A stretch of 64,000 nucleotides of DNA. Source: a bacterium. Its GTDB lineage: Bacteria; UBA10199; 2-02-FULL-50-16; JAJFLM01. The notes beneath the pieces were generated by a model. That model searched no databases. It was not told where the DNA came from and saw only the letters and a program-made list of their open reading frames with translations. The DNA lies in assembly GCA_965216315.1 (NCBI GenBank), contig CBDCFN010000016.1:352001-416000 (forward strand), in the 5' to 3' direction. Below are positions 25,469 to 36,917 of this stretch, piece by piece (the stretch's first letter is position 1; every line of letters begins with the position of its first letter). Both the position numbers and the translations under genes were made by a program.

Positions 25469-26290
25469 TTATTTCCCCCTCAGTTGTTTGGCGCGGGCAG
25501 CGGCTGCCTTGACGGCACGTTCGAGGGCCTGCGGCCAACGGGCCTTTTTTAGCGTGTTGAGAGCAGCGGCTGTCGTGCCTCCCTTGGAGGTGACGCGTTC
25601 GCGCAGCGTTTTTAGCGCGGTCTTTTGGCTGGCGGCCAGTTCGGTCGCGCCGGTGAGCGTGGCCGTGGCCAGCTGACGTGCTTGTGTCTCCGCAAGTCCG
25701 CCCTTGACCGCGGCATTGACCAAGGATTCTAAAAACAAGAAGACGTAGGCCGGTCCACTTCCGGAGAGGGCCGTGACCCAGTCCAGCTGATCTTCTCGCT
25801 TGCAGACGATGACCTCCCCGACGCTGGAAAAAAGCGCATGCGTGTTTTTAATGTCGATGGGTCGTGCTGTCTTGGCGGCAAAGAGGGCGGTGATCCCCTT
25901 ACGGACCAGGGCCGGGGTGTTGGGCATGGTGCGCATGAGCCGGGCGGAGCGGCCGAGATGGCGCTGCATGAAGCGCGTATCGATACCGGCGGCGATTGAG
26001 ATCAGTAGGTGTTTCGAGTTGAGGCCGGGGCGGATTCCCTGGAGGACCGCAGCCATCACCTGGGGTTTCACGGCGAGTACGATAAGAGAACACTTTTTCA
26101 TCAGTTCCTGGTTGGCGGCGAGCGTCTTGACCCTGTAGCGCTTGCTCAGTTGATTGCGACGTGCCGCCAGCGGTTCGGCCACGTAGATATTGGCGGCGCG
26201 CGCTTGTTTGGAGGCCAAGAGGCCACTGACCAAAGCTTCGGCCATGTTGCCGCCACCGATGAAACCGATTTTTTTATTTTGTAATGACAT
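25469..26290 (-). CDS. proC: Pyrroline-5-carboxylate reductase
   Basis: IGGGNMA, LAVKPQ, MPNTP, SGSGPAY, VTSKGGTT. Confidence 0.96.
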   Translation of the reverse strand: MSLQNKKIGFIGGGNMAEALVSGLLASKQARAANIYVAEPLAARRNQLSKRYRVKTLAANQELMKKCSLIVLAVKPQVMAAVLQGIRPGLNSKHLLISIAAGIDTRFMQRHLGRSARLMRTMPNTPALVRKGITALFAAKTARPIDIKNTHALFSSVGEVIVCKREDQLDWVTALSGSGPAYVFLFLESLVNAAVKGGLAETQARQLATATLTGATELAASQKTALKTLRERVTSKGGTTAAALNTLKKARWPQALERAVKAAAARAKQLRGK

Positions 26291-26296
26291 AAAAGA

Positions 26297-26986
26297 TTAT
26301 TCTCGTGGCCCAAATAACAGGGTTCCAATGCGAATCATCGTGGCCCCTTCTTCGATCGCCACTTGATAGTCATGGCTCATGCCCATTGATAGCTCACGCA
26401 GGGGCTGCTTATACACGGCTTGTTGGTTGATTGCATCCCTTAATTCACGGACTTGGCTAAAAAATGGCCGTACCTGTTCCGTGTCATCAAAGTAGGGCGG
26501 AAGCGTCATCAATCCGCCGATGTGGACATGTTCAAAAGTATTGCATGCCCTAATCAACGAGGCCGCTTCCTCCGGAGGAACTCCGCCTTTGCTCGCTTCA
26601 GTGCCGGTATGGATTTGAATCAGTATGTTGCTGTGGGTGCCTTCTTGTGCTGCGCGGTGGTTGATTTCTTGCGCCAGTTCGATGCGATCGACGGAGTGGA
26701 TCCAATCCACGCGACCAATAATTTGTCGGACTTTCTTGCGCTGCAAATGGCCGATGAAATGCCAATGAATATCACGATGACTTTCAAGCGCTGCCTGTTT
26801 GTCGATAAGCTCCTGGACATAATTTTCGCCGAGGTCTGTCAGTCCCTCCTGAATGAGTCCTTGAATGCGATTGGGTGGCTGTCGTTTGCTTGCGCCAATG
26901 ACAACAACCTCTGACGCGTCGCGGCCGCAGTTGAGGCAGCAGCGACGTATATGGTCCCAGAGTATAGATAGTGAATGGGCTGCCAT
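26297..26986 (-). CDS. yggS: YggS/PLP homeostasis protein
   Basis: GENYVQE, WHFIGHLQ, LSMGMSHDY, RIGTLLFG. Confidence 0.95.
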   Translation of the reverse strand: MAAHSLSILWDHIRRCCLNCGRDASEVVVIGASKRQPPNRIQGLIQEGLTDLGENYVQELIDKQAALESHRDIHWHFIGHLQRKKVRQIIGRVDWIHSVDRIELAQEINHRAAQEGTHSNILIQIHTGTEASKGGVPPEEAASLIRACNTFEHVHIGGLMTLPPYFDDTEQVRPFFSQVRELRDAINQQAVYKQPLRELSMGMSHDYQVAIEEGATMIRIGTLLFGPRE

Positions 26987-27121
26987 AGCGGCTCTGTAGC
27001 GTGATTAGCCGGGTGCGTCATTCTTTTTTTTAGCCGCCTGCCATCATCTTTGGTATAATTTATAATGCGTTAACGATCTTTTACGATGCCGGCAACCTGT
27101 AACCTTAATCCATAGAATCAG

Positions 27122-29215
27122 ATGGGGAAAGAGACCATTATGGAACTTTCGCATGTCCTGCAAGAGATTCGGGAAGGCAAAGGTCAGCAAGAATTCCGAG
27201 ATCTCAAATGGGAAGGTAATTTTAAAGATTATCTAGGACTCGTTTTAAAGGAACCCCGCATTGCACGTTCGGCGTTCCAACGTATCTATGACATGATCAT
27301 GTCATACGGTTCTGAAGAGTATGTGGATCACCGCAAAAAAGTTACCCGTTATAAATTTTTCTCCGACCCACTCGAAGGCGGTAAAGACGCTATTTTCGGT
27401 CTCGATGTTCCCTTAATGAAGCTCGTGAATCTTTTCAATGCGTCAGCGCGTCGTTATGGTCCGGAGAAACGAGTGCTGTTGCTCCACGGCCCCGTTGGTA
27501 GTTCTAAAAGTACGATCGTTCGTCTCCTTAAGAAAGGTTTGTCTACTTATTCGCGCACTCCCGCCGGCAAGCTTTTTACCTTCAGTTGGGTGCCGTTAGA
27601 TCTTCCGATTCGGGAAGAATTATTCGGGAGTGCAGAAGTTTTCCCATGTCCCATGCATGAGGACCCGTTGCGACTGATCCCCCGGGAAGATCGCACCAAT
27701 TTTTTAACTGAACTGAATAAAGATCTCGCGGAAGATCAAAAAATAAATGTGGAAGGAGATTTATGCCCGCCGTGCCGCTATCTGTTTCGTGAGTTAATGA
27801 ATTACTATGATGGTGAATGGGAGAAAGTCGTTCAACATGTTCGCGTGCGTCGCATGGTTTTGTCGGAACAGGATCGGGTGGGAATTGGGACGTTTCAACC
27901 CAAAGATGAGAAGAATCAGGATTCGACCGAACTGACCGGCGATATCAATTATCGTAAAATTGCAGAGTACGGTTCTGACTCAGATCCGCGGGCGTTTAAT
28001 TTTGATGGAGAGTTCAATATCGCCAACCGTGGGCTTATCGAATTTATCGAGGTTCTCAAACTGGATGTCGCCTTTTTATATGATTTATTAGGGGCCTCTC
28101 AGGAGCATTCCATTAAACCGAAAAAATTTGCACAGACGACCATTGATGAAGTGATCATTGGACATACCAATGAAGCGGAGTTTCGCAAGCTGGAGAGTAA
28201 TGAATATATGGAGGCTTTGCGCGATCGAACGAGCCGCATTGATATTCCTTATATAACCAAGTTGCATCAGGAAATTAAAATTTATGAGCGTGATTTTAAT
28301 CCCGAGCGCATCATGGGGAAGCATATCGCACCGCATACTTTGGAGATGGCTGCAATGTGGGCGGTATTGTCGCGGCTTGAAGACCCTAAAATGCCTAATC
28401 TGACGCTCCTTCAGAAATTAAAACTTTACGATGGTAAGATGGTTCCCGGTTTTACGGAAGACAATGTAAAGGAGCTGCGCAAACAAGCCATGCGCGAGGG
28501 ACTTGATGGGATCAGCCCGCGCTATATCCAGGATAAGATTTCAAATGCGCTCGTATCTTCCAAATCGGAATCTTGCGTCAGTCCCTTCCTTGTCTTGAAG
28601 GAGCTTGAGAGCGGACTAAAATATCATACCTTGCTGAAAGGTGAGGAGCAGCGTAAGCGCTACCGCGAGTTGGTTTCCGTCGTGCGCGATGAGTATGAAG
28701 ATATCGTTAAGAATGAAGTGCAGCGTGCGATCAATGCGGATGAAGACGCCATCAGTCGACTCTGTGCCAACTATATCGACCATGTTCGTGCCTATACTCT
28801 ACGTGAAAAAGTTCAGGACTCTTACACGGGAGACTACGTCGATTCTGATGAACAGCTTATGCGCTCTATCGAAGAAAAAATTGATATTCCTGACTCCCGT
28901 AAAGATGATTTTAGGCGTGAGATAATGAACTACATTGCGGCCCTTGCCTTGGAAAATAAGACATTTGACTATCGTTCTAATGATCGCCTGCGTTCAGCTT
29001 TGGAGATAAAACTTTTTGAGGACCAGAAAGATACGATACGGTTGACTAACTTAATAGCATCGGAAGCCGTCGATCCGGCAGCTCATGATAATATTCAATT
29101 AATCAAGAGAAAGATGATCGACAACTACGGCTATTGCAAATTTTGTTCAACGGATGTCCTCAACTTTGTTGCTTCGGTGTTTGCTCGCGGTGACATTAAA
29201 GAAAAAAGAATTTAA
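27122..29215 (+). CDS. prkA: PrkA/YeaG AAA+ serine kinase
   Basis: [34 protein letters not shown]. Confidence 0.93.
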   Translation: MGKETIMELSHVLQEIREGKGQQEFRDLKWEGNFKDYLGLVLKEPRIARSAFQRIYDMIMSYGSEEYVDHRKKVTRYKFFSDPLEGGKDAIFGLDVPLMKLVNLFNASARRYGPEKRVLLLHGPVGSSKSTIVRLLKKGLSTYSRTPAGKLFTFSWVPLDLPIREELFGSAEVFPCPMHEDPLRLIPREDRTNFLTELNKDLAEDQKINVEGDLCPPCRYLFRELMNYYDGEWEKVVQHVRVRRMVLSEQDRVGIGTFQPKDEKNQDSTELTGDINYRKIAEYGSDSDPRAFNFDGEFNIANRGLIEFIEVLKLDVAFLYDLLGASQEHSIKPKKFAQTTIDEVIIGHTNEAEFRKLESNEYMEALRDRTSRIDIPYITKLHQEIKIYERDFNPERIMGKHIAPHTLEMAAMWAVLSRLEDPKMPNLTLLQKLKLYDGKMVPGFTEDNVKELRKQAMREGLDGISPRYIQDKISNALVSSKSESCVSPFLVLKELESGLKYHTLLKGEEQRKRYRELVSVVRDEYEDIVKNEVQRAINADEDAISRLCANYIDHVRAYTLREKVQDSYTGDYVDSDEQLMRSIEEKIDIPDSRKDDFRREIMNYIAALALENKTFDYRSNDRLRSALEIKLFEDQKDTIRLTNLIASEAVDPAAHDNIQLIKRKMIDNYGYCKFCSTDVLNFVASVFARGDIKEKRI

Positions 29216-29218
29216 GGT

Positions 29219-30325
29219 ATGTTTTTGAAGATCGAGCCAGATCGATCTCGCTTTAAGCAGATTATCCGCGGTCGAATCAAGAAAGAGCTGCGCCGGTTTA
29301 TCCGCCAGGGTGAACTTATTGGAAAGCAGGGGAATGAAAATATTTCCATTCCTCTCCCGCAAATTGAACTTCCACACTTTATGTACGGTCCTCAAGAAAT
29401 GGGGGGCGTCGGTCAAGGAGATGGCAAGCCGGGGACCCCTTTGGGGACGGATGAAGTGGAGGGAGGTAAGCGAGAGGCGGGTAACCAGCCGGGGGATCAT
29501 ATTCTAGAAGTCGAAGTGACCTTGGAAGAGTTGGCACAGATGATGGGTGAGGAGTTGGAGTTGCCGAACATCAAGCCAAAGGGGCATTCGGGACTTGTGG
29601 CGGAAAAAGAACGTTATACCAGTATTCGAGCGACAGGTCCGGAATCGTTGCGACACTTTCGAAGAACTTTTAAGCAGGCGTTGCGTCGGCAGCTGGTTGC
29701 CGGCACTTACAATCCTAAAAATCCAATCATTGTGCCGATTCGTGAAGACCGGCGCTATCGGATGTGGCGTCAATATCGTCGCCCCGAGCGCAATGCCGTA
29801 ATCATTTATATGATGGACGTAAGTGGTAGTATGGGTGCGGAGCAAAAAGAGATCGTGCGTATTGCCTCGTTCTGGATTGATACATGGCTACGGTCGCAAT
29901 ATGACGGACTCGATATTCGGTATATTGTTCACGATGCCGTGGCGCGAGAAGTCGACCGGGATACCTTTTATCATACCCGAGAATCAGGCGGAACGATCAT
30001 TTCATCGGCCTATCGTTTGTGTTTGCAAATGATACGAGAGGAATATGACCCGACGGAATGGAATATTTATCCTTTTCATTTCTCGGATGGCGACAATTGG
30101 TCGGGTAATGACACGATGGAATGTGTTAAATTGTTACGCGAGGAGATTATCCCGAGGAGTAATATATTTTGTTACGGTCAGGTGGAGAGCGAATATGGAA
30201 GTGGCCAATTCATGAAAGATCTCGATGAAGCCTTCGAAGAAATGGATACGCTGACAATGGCGGCGATTGGCTCGCGAGATGCGATCTATGAGTCGATTAA
30301 GAAGTTCATGGGAAAGGGACGCTAG
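29219..30325 (+). CDS. yeaH: YeaH/YhbH (DUF444) vWA-like protein
   Basis: [34 protein letters not shown]. Confidence 0.9.
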   Translation: MFLKIEPDRSRFKQIIRGRIKKELRRFIRQGELIGKQGNENISIPLPQIELPHFMYGPQEMGGVGQGDGKPGTPLGTDEVEGGKREAGNQPGDHILEVEVTLEELAQMMGEELELPNIKPKGHSGLVAEKERYTSIRATGPESLRHFRRTFKQALRRQLVAGTYNPKNPIIVPIREDRRYRMWRQYRRPERNAVIIYMMDVSGSMGAEQKEIVRIASFWIDTWLRSQYDGLDIRYIVHDAVAREVDRDTFYHTRESGGTIISSAYRLCLQMIREEYDPTEWNIYPFHFSDGDNWSGNDTMECVKLLREEIIPRSNIFCYGQVESEYGSGQFMKDLDEAFEEMDTLTMAAIGSRDAIYESIKKFMGKGR

Positions 30326-30328
30326 CGA

Positions 30329-31723
30329 ATGAGCCTTGAGAGTACGTTGGCAGAGGTGAAGGAAAAGATCCGTGACCGGGTTATGCAGACCGGACTCGAT
30401 TTTTATGAAGTCATTTTTGAGATGGTTGACGCTGATCAAATGAATGCTATCGCCGCATATGGAGGGTTTCCTAATCGCTATCCACACTGGCGCTTCGGTA
30501 TGGAGTATGAGCGCTTGAGTAAAAGCTATACTTACGGGTTTTCAAAAATCTATGAAATGGTTGTCAATAATGATCCTTGCTACGCCTATCTGATGCGTGC
30601 CAACAGCCTTGTCGAACAGAAGCTTGTGATGGCCCATGTTTATGGTCACTCCGATTTTTTTAAAAATAATGTTTTTTTTGCGAATACGAATCGCAAAATG
30701 ATGGACCAAGCAGGGACGCACCGCTCTAAAATACAACGGATGATGTTGCGTCATGGGCAGGACAAGGTAGAGGATTTTATTGATATCTGCCTTTCGCTTG
30801 AAAACTTGGTGGATGTCAATGGGTCATTGCGCCGACCCCAAGGACAACTTACTGATGAGTTGTCTGTGGAGACGCGCGAGTCTGGTGAAGAAATGGACAG
30901 TGCTCCAGGAGATATAAGGCCTGAAAAAGATGTGTTGCTATATTTGTTGGAGCGCGCGCCGCTGCATGACTGGCAGCAGGAAGTTCTTTCGGTGATTCGC
31001 GAAGAGGCCTATTATTTTACACCACAGCGGCAAACAAAAATTATGAATGAAGGTTGGGCATCCTTTTGGCATTCAATGTTGATGACTTCGGGTATTTTAA
31101 CGGACTCGGAAGTTATTGATTATGCCGATAGACATTCTGGTTCGATGCAAATGACGGGAGGGTCATTGAATCCTTACAAAGTTGGAATAGAGCTGTTTCG
31201 GGATATCGAGCAACGATGGGACAAGGGGCGTTTTGGTCGTGAGTATAATGAGTGCGATGACATGCATGAAAAAGAGACATGGGACCGTGATTTGAAAAAG
31301 GGAAGAGAAAAAGTCTTTGAGGTGCGCCGGCTTCATAACGACGTGACATTTTTGGATAATTTTTTAACTCCTGAGTTTTGTGAGCGCATGAAGCTTTTCA
31401 CGTATGATTATGAGCAAAAGAGCTCCCAGTATCAGGTGCAAAGTCGTGACTATGAAGATGTAAAGAAGAAGTTGTTGCAGATGTTGACCAATGGAGGCAA
31501 TCCCGTAATCGGCGTCATTCCGAGCTCGAGTGGAAACGGCGGCGATCTCTATTTGCGCCATTATCATGAAGGAGTGGATCTCAAGCTTGATTATGCGCGC
31601 GAGACGATTAAGAATATCTACGCTATCTGGCAGCAGCCCGTACATATAGAGACATTGGTCGAGGACGTTCCTAAACAGATTTCTTTTGATGGCTCCGAAC
31701 ACCGAGAGAGACGAATTTCGTAA
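30329..31723 (+). CDS. spoVR: SpoVR/YcgB family protein
   Basis: RYPHWRFG, AHVYGHSDFF, TKIMNEGWASFWH. Confidence 0.93.
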   Translation: MSLESTLAEVKEKIRDRVMQTGLDFYEVIFEMVDADQMNAIAAYGGFPNRYPHWRFGMEYERLSKSYTYGFSKIYEMVVNNDPCYAYLMRANSLVEQKLVMAHVYGHSDFFKNNVFFANTNRKMMDQAGTHRSKIQRMMLRHGQDKVEDFIDICLSLENLVDVNGSLRRPQGQLTDELSVETRESGEEMDSAPGDIRPEKDVLLYLLERAPLHDWQQEVLSVIREEAYYFTPQRQTKIMNEGWASFWHSMLMTSGILTDSEVIDYADRHSGSMQMTGGSLNPYKVGIELFRDIEQRWDKGRFGREYNECDDMHEKETWDRDLKKGREKVFEVRRLHNDVTFLDNFLTPEFCERMKLFTYDYEQKSSQYQVQSRDYEDVKKKLLQMLTNGGNPVIGVIPSSSGNGGDLYLRHYHEGVDLKLDYARETIKNIYAIWQQPVHIETLVEDVPKQISFDGSEHRERRIS

Positions 31724-31731
31724 GCAGTCAA

Positions 31732-32439
31732 TCACTCACTCGTCAATCCAATTAATCTTTTTCTTAGCGCGACTAAAATCGGCAGGTGAATCAAGATCCC
31801 CGTGGTAACAATAAGATATTCACCTATATAGACGCCGATAATGCCCATAAATGTCATGATGCCATAGTAAAAGTAGGGACCCAGTTGCGGGGCTCGTAGT
31901 GGGGGTTCCGATGAAAACCATTTATTTGAGAGCTGCTCGTAAGAGAATAGAATGGCATAAGAGACGATAAACCAACCGACAAAGTTGCTGATTGGGACAC
32001 CAAAAAAGATGCCGCCTTCGGGATAGAAGTAGATTTTCCCTAAAAACCACTCATCGCCACGGACAGTGATGGGATCTATGACAACGTCGGCGAGTGTCAT
32101 CACGAGAGCGGATATCAAAATGAGCGGTCGCCACTTGAGATAGCTGACGGTTTCATAGCTGGCGTAAGCCAAAAAACTATACGAAACTGAGTCCCAAAGT
32201 GGAACGCCACCCAAAACGAGTTCGCCTTCAAAAGCAGAATCAATATAGAGATAATCTCCGTACGGAAAGCCCCAACGGATCGACATCCATTCGGAAATAT
32301 AGGCGATGACAAAGCCGATGACCAACAGAAGAAGCGTGCGCATCAAGCCGCGATTTAAAACGCCGATAATGATGAAAGTCGTCAAGAATATGAAGACGTA
32401 AGGGCGCATCCAGAGGGTTTTGAGGAGCATATCTAGCAT
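31732..32439 (-). CDS. CruF/DUF422-like membrane protein (carotenoid biosynthesis family)
   Basis: GFPYGDY.Y, GVP, DVVIDP, GVPISNFVGW. Confidence 0.75.
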   Translation of the reverse strand: MLDMLLKTLWMRPYVFIFLTTFIIIGVLNRGLMRTLLLLVIGFVIAYISEWMSIRWGFPYGDYLYIDSAFEGELVLGGVPLWDSVSYSFLAYASYETVSYLKWRPLILISALVMTLADVVIDPITVRGDEWFLGKIYFYPEGGIFFGVPISNFVGWFIVSYAILFSYEQLSNKWFSSEPPLRAPQLGPYFYYGIMTFMGIIGVYIGEYLIVTTGILIHLPILVALRKRLIGLTSE

Positions 32440-32463
32440 GGGCGAATTGCGTACCTCAGCGTC

Positions 32464-32566
32464 CCTCCCTTTGTAAAGGGAGGTTAGGAGGGATTTAATT
32501 TGTGCTGAGTCGCTATCTACTTGATGTCACTTAAATCCCCCTTAGTCCCCCTTTGCAAAGGGGGAG
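32464..32566. repeat. REPIN-like inverted doublet of a ~35-bp REP
   Basis: CCTCCCTTTGTAAAGGGAGGTTAGGAGGGATTTAA, 32-nt spacer, inverted variant TTAAATCCCCCTTAGTCCCCCTTTGCAAAGGGGGAG. Confidence 0.85.
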
Positions 32567-32628
32567 ATAGCGATTTCTAATGTTGGCTTTCATTGCGCTA
32601 GGCCCACCAATATGCTACACCTTCCACC

Positions 32629-34083
32629 GTGTGGAAATTCTTCCTAGGGCTGGGATTTAGCCTGCTTCTCTTGCAGGCGGCAGTCGGTGTCGGTACCGCT
32701 GCGGATGGGGATCGCCATGTCCATGTTCTGACCGTCGACGATCAAATTATCGGACCCGTTATCGTTGAGTATATTGAGGAAGGTATTAAGGGGGCCGAGG
32801 AGAGCGGTGCGGCGGCTTTGATCATTGTCCTGGATACGCCGGGTGGTTTGCTCAATTCAACGCGGACAATCGTCAAGGAGATACTCGGGGCTAAAGTACC
32901 TGTTGTTGTTTATGTGGGGCCGCGTGGGAGTCGTGCCGGATCGGCCGGTGTCTTCATTACTTTGGCCGCACACGTGGCTGCGATGGCGCCGTCGACGAAC
33001 ATCGGGGCGGCTCATCCAGTGAGCATTGGCGGCGATAGCCCACCAAAACCAAAAGAGAAAGACGACGAGGGAATTAGGGAACTCATCCGCTCGCTGGCAA
33101 AAGGGAAGAAGGATGAAAAAGCTAAGGATGCCGACAAGAAGACGGAAAAGGGGGCTGAAAAAACAGCTGAAGAGACCAAGGAGACCCCGGGTGGTCCGAT
33201 GGAAGCCAAGGTTCTGAATGATACGATCGCCTGGGTGACGGCAATTGCCAATGAACGCGGGCGCAATGCTGACTGGGCCATGAAGGCGGTGCGTGAAAGT
33301 GCATCTATTACGGAGCGAGAAGCTCTTGAAAAGAATGTCGTCGATGTTGTGGCCGAAGATATTCCTAATCTATTGAGTCAAATTGACGGACGCACTGTAA
33401 AACTCGGTTCTGAAGAACAGGTTCTCGTTGTCAAGGGGGCTGACATTGTAAAGAAGCCCATGAGTAAACGCCAAGAACTCTTAAGCATTTTAATCAATCC
33501 CAATATTGCCTATTTACTTATGATGTTGGGATTTTATGGGCTTCTGTTTGAAATCACTCACCCTGGCTCATGGATTCCAGGCATTGCCGGCTTGATTTGC
33601 CTCATTCTAGCCTTCTATTCGTTTCAGACCATTCCGACGAATTATGCCGGTTTTGCTTTAATAGCGATTGCTATTGGTTTGTTTGTTGCAGAAGCCTTTG
33701 TTCCGAGTTTTGGCTTGCTCACCGTAGGTGGGATTATATGTATGGTACTGGGTTCTCTGTTCTTGATTGATTCTCCTTTTGAGCTGATGCAGATCTCATT
33801 TGCCGTGATTATACCGATTGTACTGGCAACCGCATTTGTCGCGGTATTTCTGGTTAGCTTAGCTGCAAAGGCGGCGGTTCAAAAACACAGTACCGGATTG
33901 GAAAGTTTTATCGGTGATCTGGCAACGGCAGAGACGGACCTGGATCCAAACGGTAAAGTTTTTATCGATGGCGAAATATGGTACGCCCATTGCGATCAAC
34001 CGGTTGAAAAAGGCGAAAAAGTGAAAATAGAAGCGGTTGATGGCATGAACCTAAAGGTGACTAAAGTAAAGGAGACGTCATGA
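32629..34083 (+). CDS. nfeD: NfeD membrane-bound serine protease (ClpP class)
   Basis: [26 protein letters not shown] domain; C-terminal OB fold G.VFIDGEIW. Confidence 0.93.
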   Translation: MWKFFLGLGFSLLLLQAAVGVGTAADGDRHVHVLTVDDQIIGPVIVEYIEEGIKGAEESGAAALIIVLDTPGGLLNSTRTIVKEILGAKVPVVVYVGPRGSRAGSAGVFITLAAHVAAMAPSTNIGAAHPVSIGGDSPPKPKEKDDEGIRELIRSLAKGKKDEKAKDADKKTEKGAEKTAEETKETPGGPMEAKVLNDTIAWVTAIANERGRNADWAMKAVRESASITEREALEKNVVDVVAEDIPNLLSQIDGRTVKLGSEEQVLVVKGADIVKKPMSKRQELLSILINPNIAYLLMMLGFYGLLFEITHPGSWIPGIAGLICLILAFYSFQTIPTNYAGFALIAIAIGLFVAEAFVPSFGLLTVGGIICMVLGSLFLIDSPFELMQISFAVIIPIVLATAFVAVFLVSLAAKAAVQKHSTGLESFIGDLATAETDLDPNGKVFIDGEIWYAHCDQPVEKGEKVKIEAVDGMNLKVTKVKETS

Positions 34084-34826
34084 GTTTTAGTGCAATCATT
34101 ATAGCTATAGTCGTGCTCTATTTGTTGAGCTCGATTAAGATTTTGCGCGAGTATGAAAGAGGAGTTATTTTCCGACTCGGCCGTGCCTTGCAGAAACCAA
34201 AGGGTCCCGGAATTATTTTTGTTTTTGCCCCGATTGATCGCATGGTGCGTGTCAGCCTAAGGGTTCAGGTCTTCGATATTCCGCCGCAAGACATTATTAC
34301 GCGTGACAATGTTACCGCTAGCGTCAATGCTGTCGTTTACTTTAGGGTAGTTGATGCGATTAACTCCATTATTCAAGTCGAAGATTTTTATTACGCAACT
34401 TCGCAAATGGCGCAAACGACGCTGCGTAGCGTGATTGGTGAGGCGGAGTTGGATGACCTCTTAGCCGATCGTGAAAAACTGAATCACAAGGTTCAGGAGA
34501 TTCTTGATAAGCAAACCGATCCTTGGGGAGTGAAGGTCTCCAATGTGGAAGTGAAGCACGTTGAGTTGCCGCAAAGCATGCAGCGAGCAATGGCGCGCCA
34601 GGCTGAGGCCGAACGTGAACGTCGTGCGAAGATTATTGGCGCCGAAGGTGAGCATCAAGCGTCGAATAAACTCGTGTTGACGGCGCAGGCGATGGAAAAA
34701 CATCCCATCGCATTGCAGTTGCGGTATTTGCAGACACTGCTGGAAATTGGAACGGAGCACAATACGACGACTTTGTTTCCCATTCCAATTGATTTGATAG
34801 AGCAATTTATACCCAAGAAGGGATAG
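34080..34826 (+). CDS. SPFH/stomatin (slipin) protein
   Basis: [34 protein letters not shown]; partner of nfeD. Confidence 0.93.
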   Translation: MSFSAIIIAIVVLYLLSSIKILREYERGVIFRLGRALQKPKGPGIIFVFAPIDRMVRVSLRVQVFDIPPQDIITRDNVTASVNAVVYFRVVDAINSIIQVEDFYYATSQMAQTTLRSVIGEAELDDLLADREKLNHKVQEILDKQTDPWGVKVSNVEVKHVELPQSMQRAMARQAEAERERRAKIIGAEGEHQASNKLVLTAQAMEKHPIALQLRYLQTLLEIGTEHNTTTLFPIPIDLIEQFIPKKG

Positions 34827-35789
34827 TTACGAAACGCGTTCCTTCATCATCTTGATGAACTCAGCGGTCAATTTGGGATCCCATTGCCCAAGGTCTTTCT
34901 CTTTGATGAGGATGTCGAGTGCATCCTTAGGTTTGATACCTTTACGATAGGGGCGGTTGGTTGTCATCGCATCAAAGGTATCGGCGATGGATGCGATGCG
35001 TGCGGGAAGTGGGATGTTCTCACCGCTAAGTTGGTCCGGATAACCACCACCTTCATAACGTTCGTGGTGATTGCGAATGACCGAAAGCGTTGGTGACAAC
35101 GATTGTAGCCGACAGCAGATGTCATAGCCTTTGACCGGGTGCTCTTGAACGTGCTGGATTTCATCGGCGGTGAGTGGTCCCGTCTTGAGTAAAACGCCTT
35201 CTCTAATCCCAATCTTACCTATGTCATGAAGCAGGGCGCCCTTGCGGATGATATCAATTTCACGTTGCGAGAGTCCAATGGCTGCAGCCAGATCGGCAGA
35301 ATATTTGGCGACTCGTTCCGAATGGCCGCGCGTATAATTATCCTTCGCTTCGAGAGCTTGCGCCAATGAAAAAAGGATGTTTTCACTGGTATCGAGATCA
35401 TCGTGCAGCTCTTTGAGTCGCAGTAGGCTTTTGACCCGGGTAACCAGTTCCAGTTTATTATAGGGCTTGATCAAAAAGTCATCGGCACCGATTTCTATGG
35501 CCTTAAGTTTGTCTTGTAGCTCGCGTAATGCCGTGACAACGATGACGGGAATAAACCAGGTATTCTTGTCTTTTTTGAGAATTTGACAAACCTCATAGCC
35601 ATCCATCTTTGGCATCATGAGATCAAGCAAGATGAGATCGGGTCCGAAGCTCTTGACTTTTTCGAGCGCTTCTTCGCCGTTATAGGCGACGTCGAGGGTG
35701 TACTCAAACGGCTTTAATTGCATCCGGAGCAACTCGACATTGGCCTGATTGTCATCGACAATTAAAACGCGAGGGGCTCGCTCCGTCAT
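34827..35789 (-). CDS. Response regulator with HD-GYP phosphodiesterase
   Basis: REC (VDDN, DLMMP), GHSERV, HDIGK, HHERYEGGGYP. Alternative start 35840. Confidence 0.92.
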   Translation of the reverse strand: MTERAPRVLIVDDNQANVELLRMQLKPFEYTLDVAYNGEEALEKVKSFGPDLILLDLMMPKMDGYEVCQILKKDKNTWFIPVIVVTALRELQDKLKAIEIGADDFLIKPYNKLELVTRVKSLLRLKELHDDLDTSENILFSLAQALEAKDNYTRGHSERVAKYSADLAAAIGLSQREIDIIRKGALLHDIGKIGIREGVLLKTGPLTADEIQHVQEHPVKGYDICCRLQSLSPTLSVIRNHHERYEGGGYPDQLSGENIPLPARIASIADTFDAMTTNRPYRKGIKPKDALDILIKEKDLGQWDPKLTAEFIKMMKERVS

Positions 35790-35946
35790 GAAACTAATTC
35801 CACCGACCGGGGCTGTTACGACTTTTTTGGTCTCAGGCATGCACTGGCATCCTATCACACGGTACAGGCACGTCAAACGGCAAAGCTCGAATAATGATGA
35901 CAAATCGCTTGATACCCTGCCTGAGAAGGGGTAGTTTAAACCCGCT

Positions 35947-36252
35947 ATGCGCTGGATAATTAAAAGACTTTTTTGGTTTGGGGTTCTGGCTGCCATTGTC
36001 TATTACGGTGCCATGTACAAAGTAGACGGGAAACCGTTGAAGGACTACGCACGCGAATTCTACCATTCACCGTTGGCCCAGGCCGCTCTCAAGGCGGGCA
36101 AAGAGATGGCCTCTGAATTCTGGAATGAACATATGGGATCTGACAAGAAGTCCACGCCGACTCCGGAGTCTGCTGAGCTTCCGCCCGTGGGAGACCAGCT
36201 GACCAAGCAGGATAAAGAGGCCCTTAATAAGGTGCTCGAACAGCAAGAATAG
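35947..36252 (+). CDS. Hypothetical small protein with N-terminal membrane anchor
   Basis: Hydrophobic N-terminus; 2 nt before the next gene. Confidence 0.6.
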   Translation: MRWIIKRLFWFGVLAAIVYYGAMYKVDGKPLKDYAREFYHSPLAQAALKAGKEMASEFWNEHMGSDKKSTPTPESAELPPVGDQLTKQDKEALNKVLEQQE

Positions 36253-36254
36253 CA

Positions 36255-36911
36255 GTGTTGCTCCAGATTTATAAGACTCTCCTGCAAGCACAGGGAAATC
36301 AACAATGGTGGCCCGGTGAAACCGCTCTGGAGATCGCCGTAGGCGCTATACTGACCCAAAATACCAACTGGTCTAACGTTGAAAAGGCCATTCAAAATCT
36401 AAAGACCGCCGGAGCCTTGTCTCTTAATGTGCTCCATCGATTGGACCAGGTTTCGCTCGCTGAATTAATTCGCCCGGCAGGGTATTTTAATATTAAGGCC
36501 AAGCGGCTTAAGAATTTCATCGGTCATATTGCCGAAGAATATGACGGTGACCTGGCGGCTTTTTTGGGACAGGAAACAGAAGGGGTGCGAGCCGAATTGC
36601 TTGCCATTTCAGGGATTGGCCCCGAGACGGCCGATTCGATCGCCCTTTATGCCGGACAGCATCCCGTTTTTGTCGTTGATGCTTACACTCAGCGGATTCT
36701 CTATCGACATGAATTCATTGATGAAGACGCGGATTATTTTTCCATGCAGGAATTTTTCGAATCGTCCCTGCCTCAGGATGTATCATTGTATAACGATTTT
36801 CACGCTCAACTCGTTATGGTAGGTAAGCATTGGTGTAAGAAATCGAATCCGGATTGTGAGAACTGTCCGTTAAGAGATTACCTTCCTGAAAATGGTCCGC
36901 GCGTTGAATAA
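36255..36911 (+). CDS. Endonuclease III-related HhH-GPD protein
   Basis: GAILTQNTNW, GIGPETAD, FVVDAY, C-terminal C-x6-C-x2-C motif. Confidence 0.9.
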   Translation: MLLQIYKTLLQAQGNQQWWPGETALEIAVGAILTQNTNWSNVEKAIQNLKTAGALSLNVLHRLDQVSLAELIRPAGYFNIKAKRLKNFIGHIAEEYDGDLAAFLGQETEGVRAELLAISGIGPETADSIALYAGQHPVFVVDAYTQRILYRHEFIDEDADYFSMQEFFESSLPQDVSLYNDFHAQLVMVGKHWCKKSNPDCENCPLRDYLPENGPRVE

Positions 36912-36917
36912 AGCTTT

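Noticed and set aside
27122..31723. prkA-yeaH-spoVR as evidence of sporulation or novelty
   Set aside because: A widespread conserved stress-response triad in non-sporulating bacteria.
32464..32566. Mini CRISPR array (two repeats with a 32-nt spacer)
   Set aside because: The repeats are inverted, non-identical and dispersed elsewhere as singlets; no cas genes.
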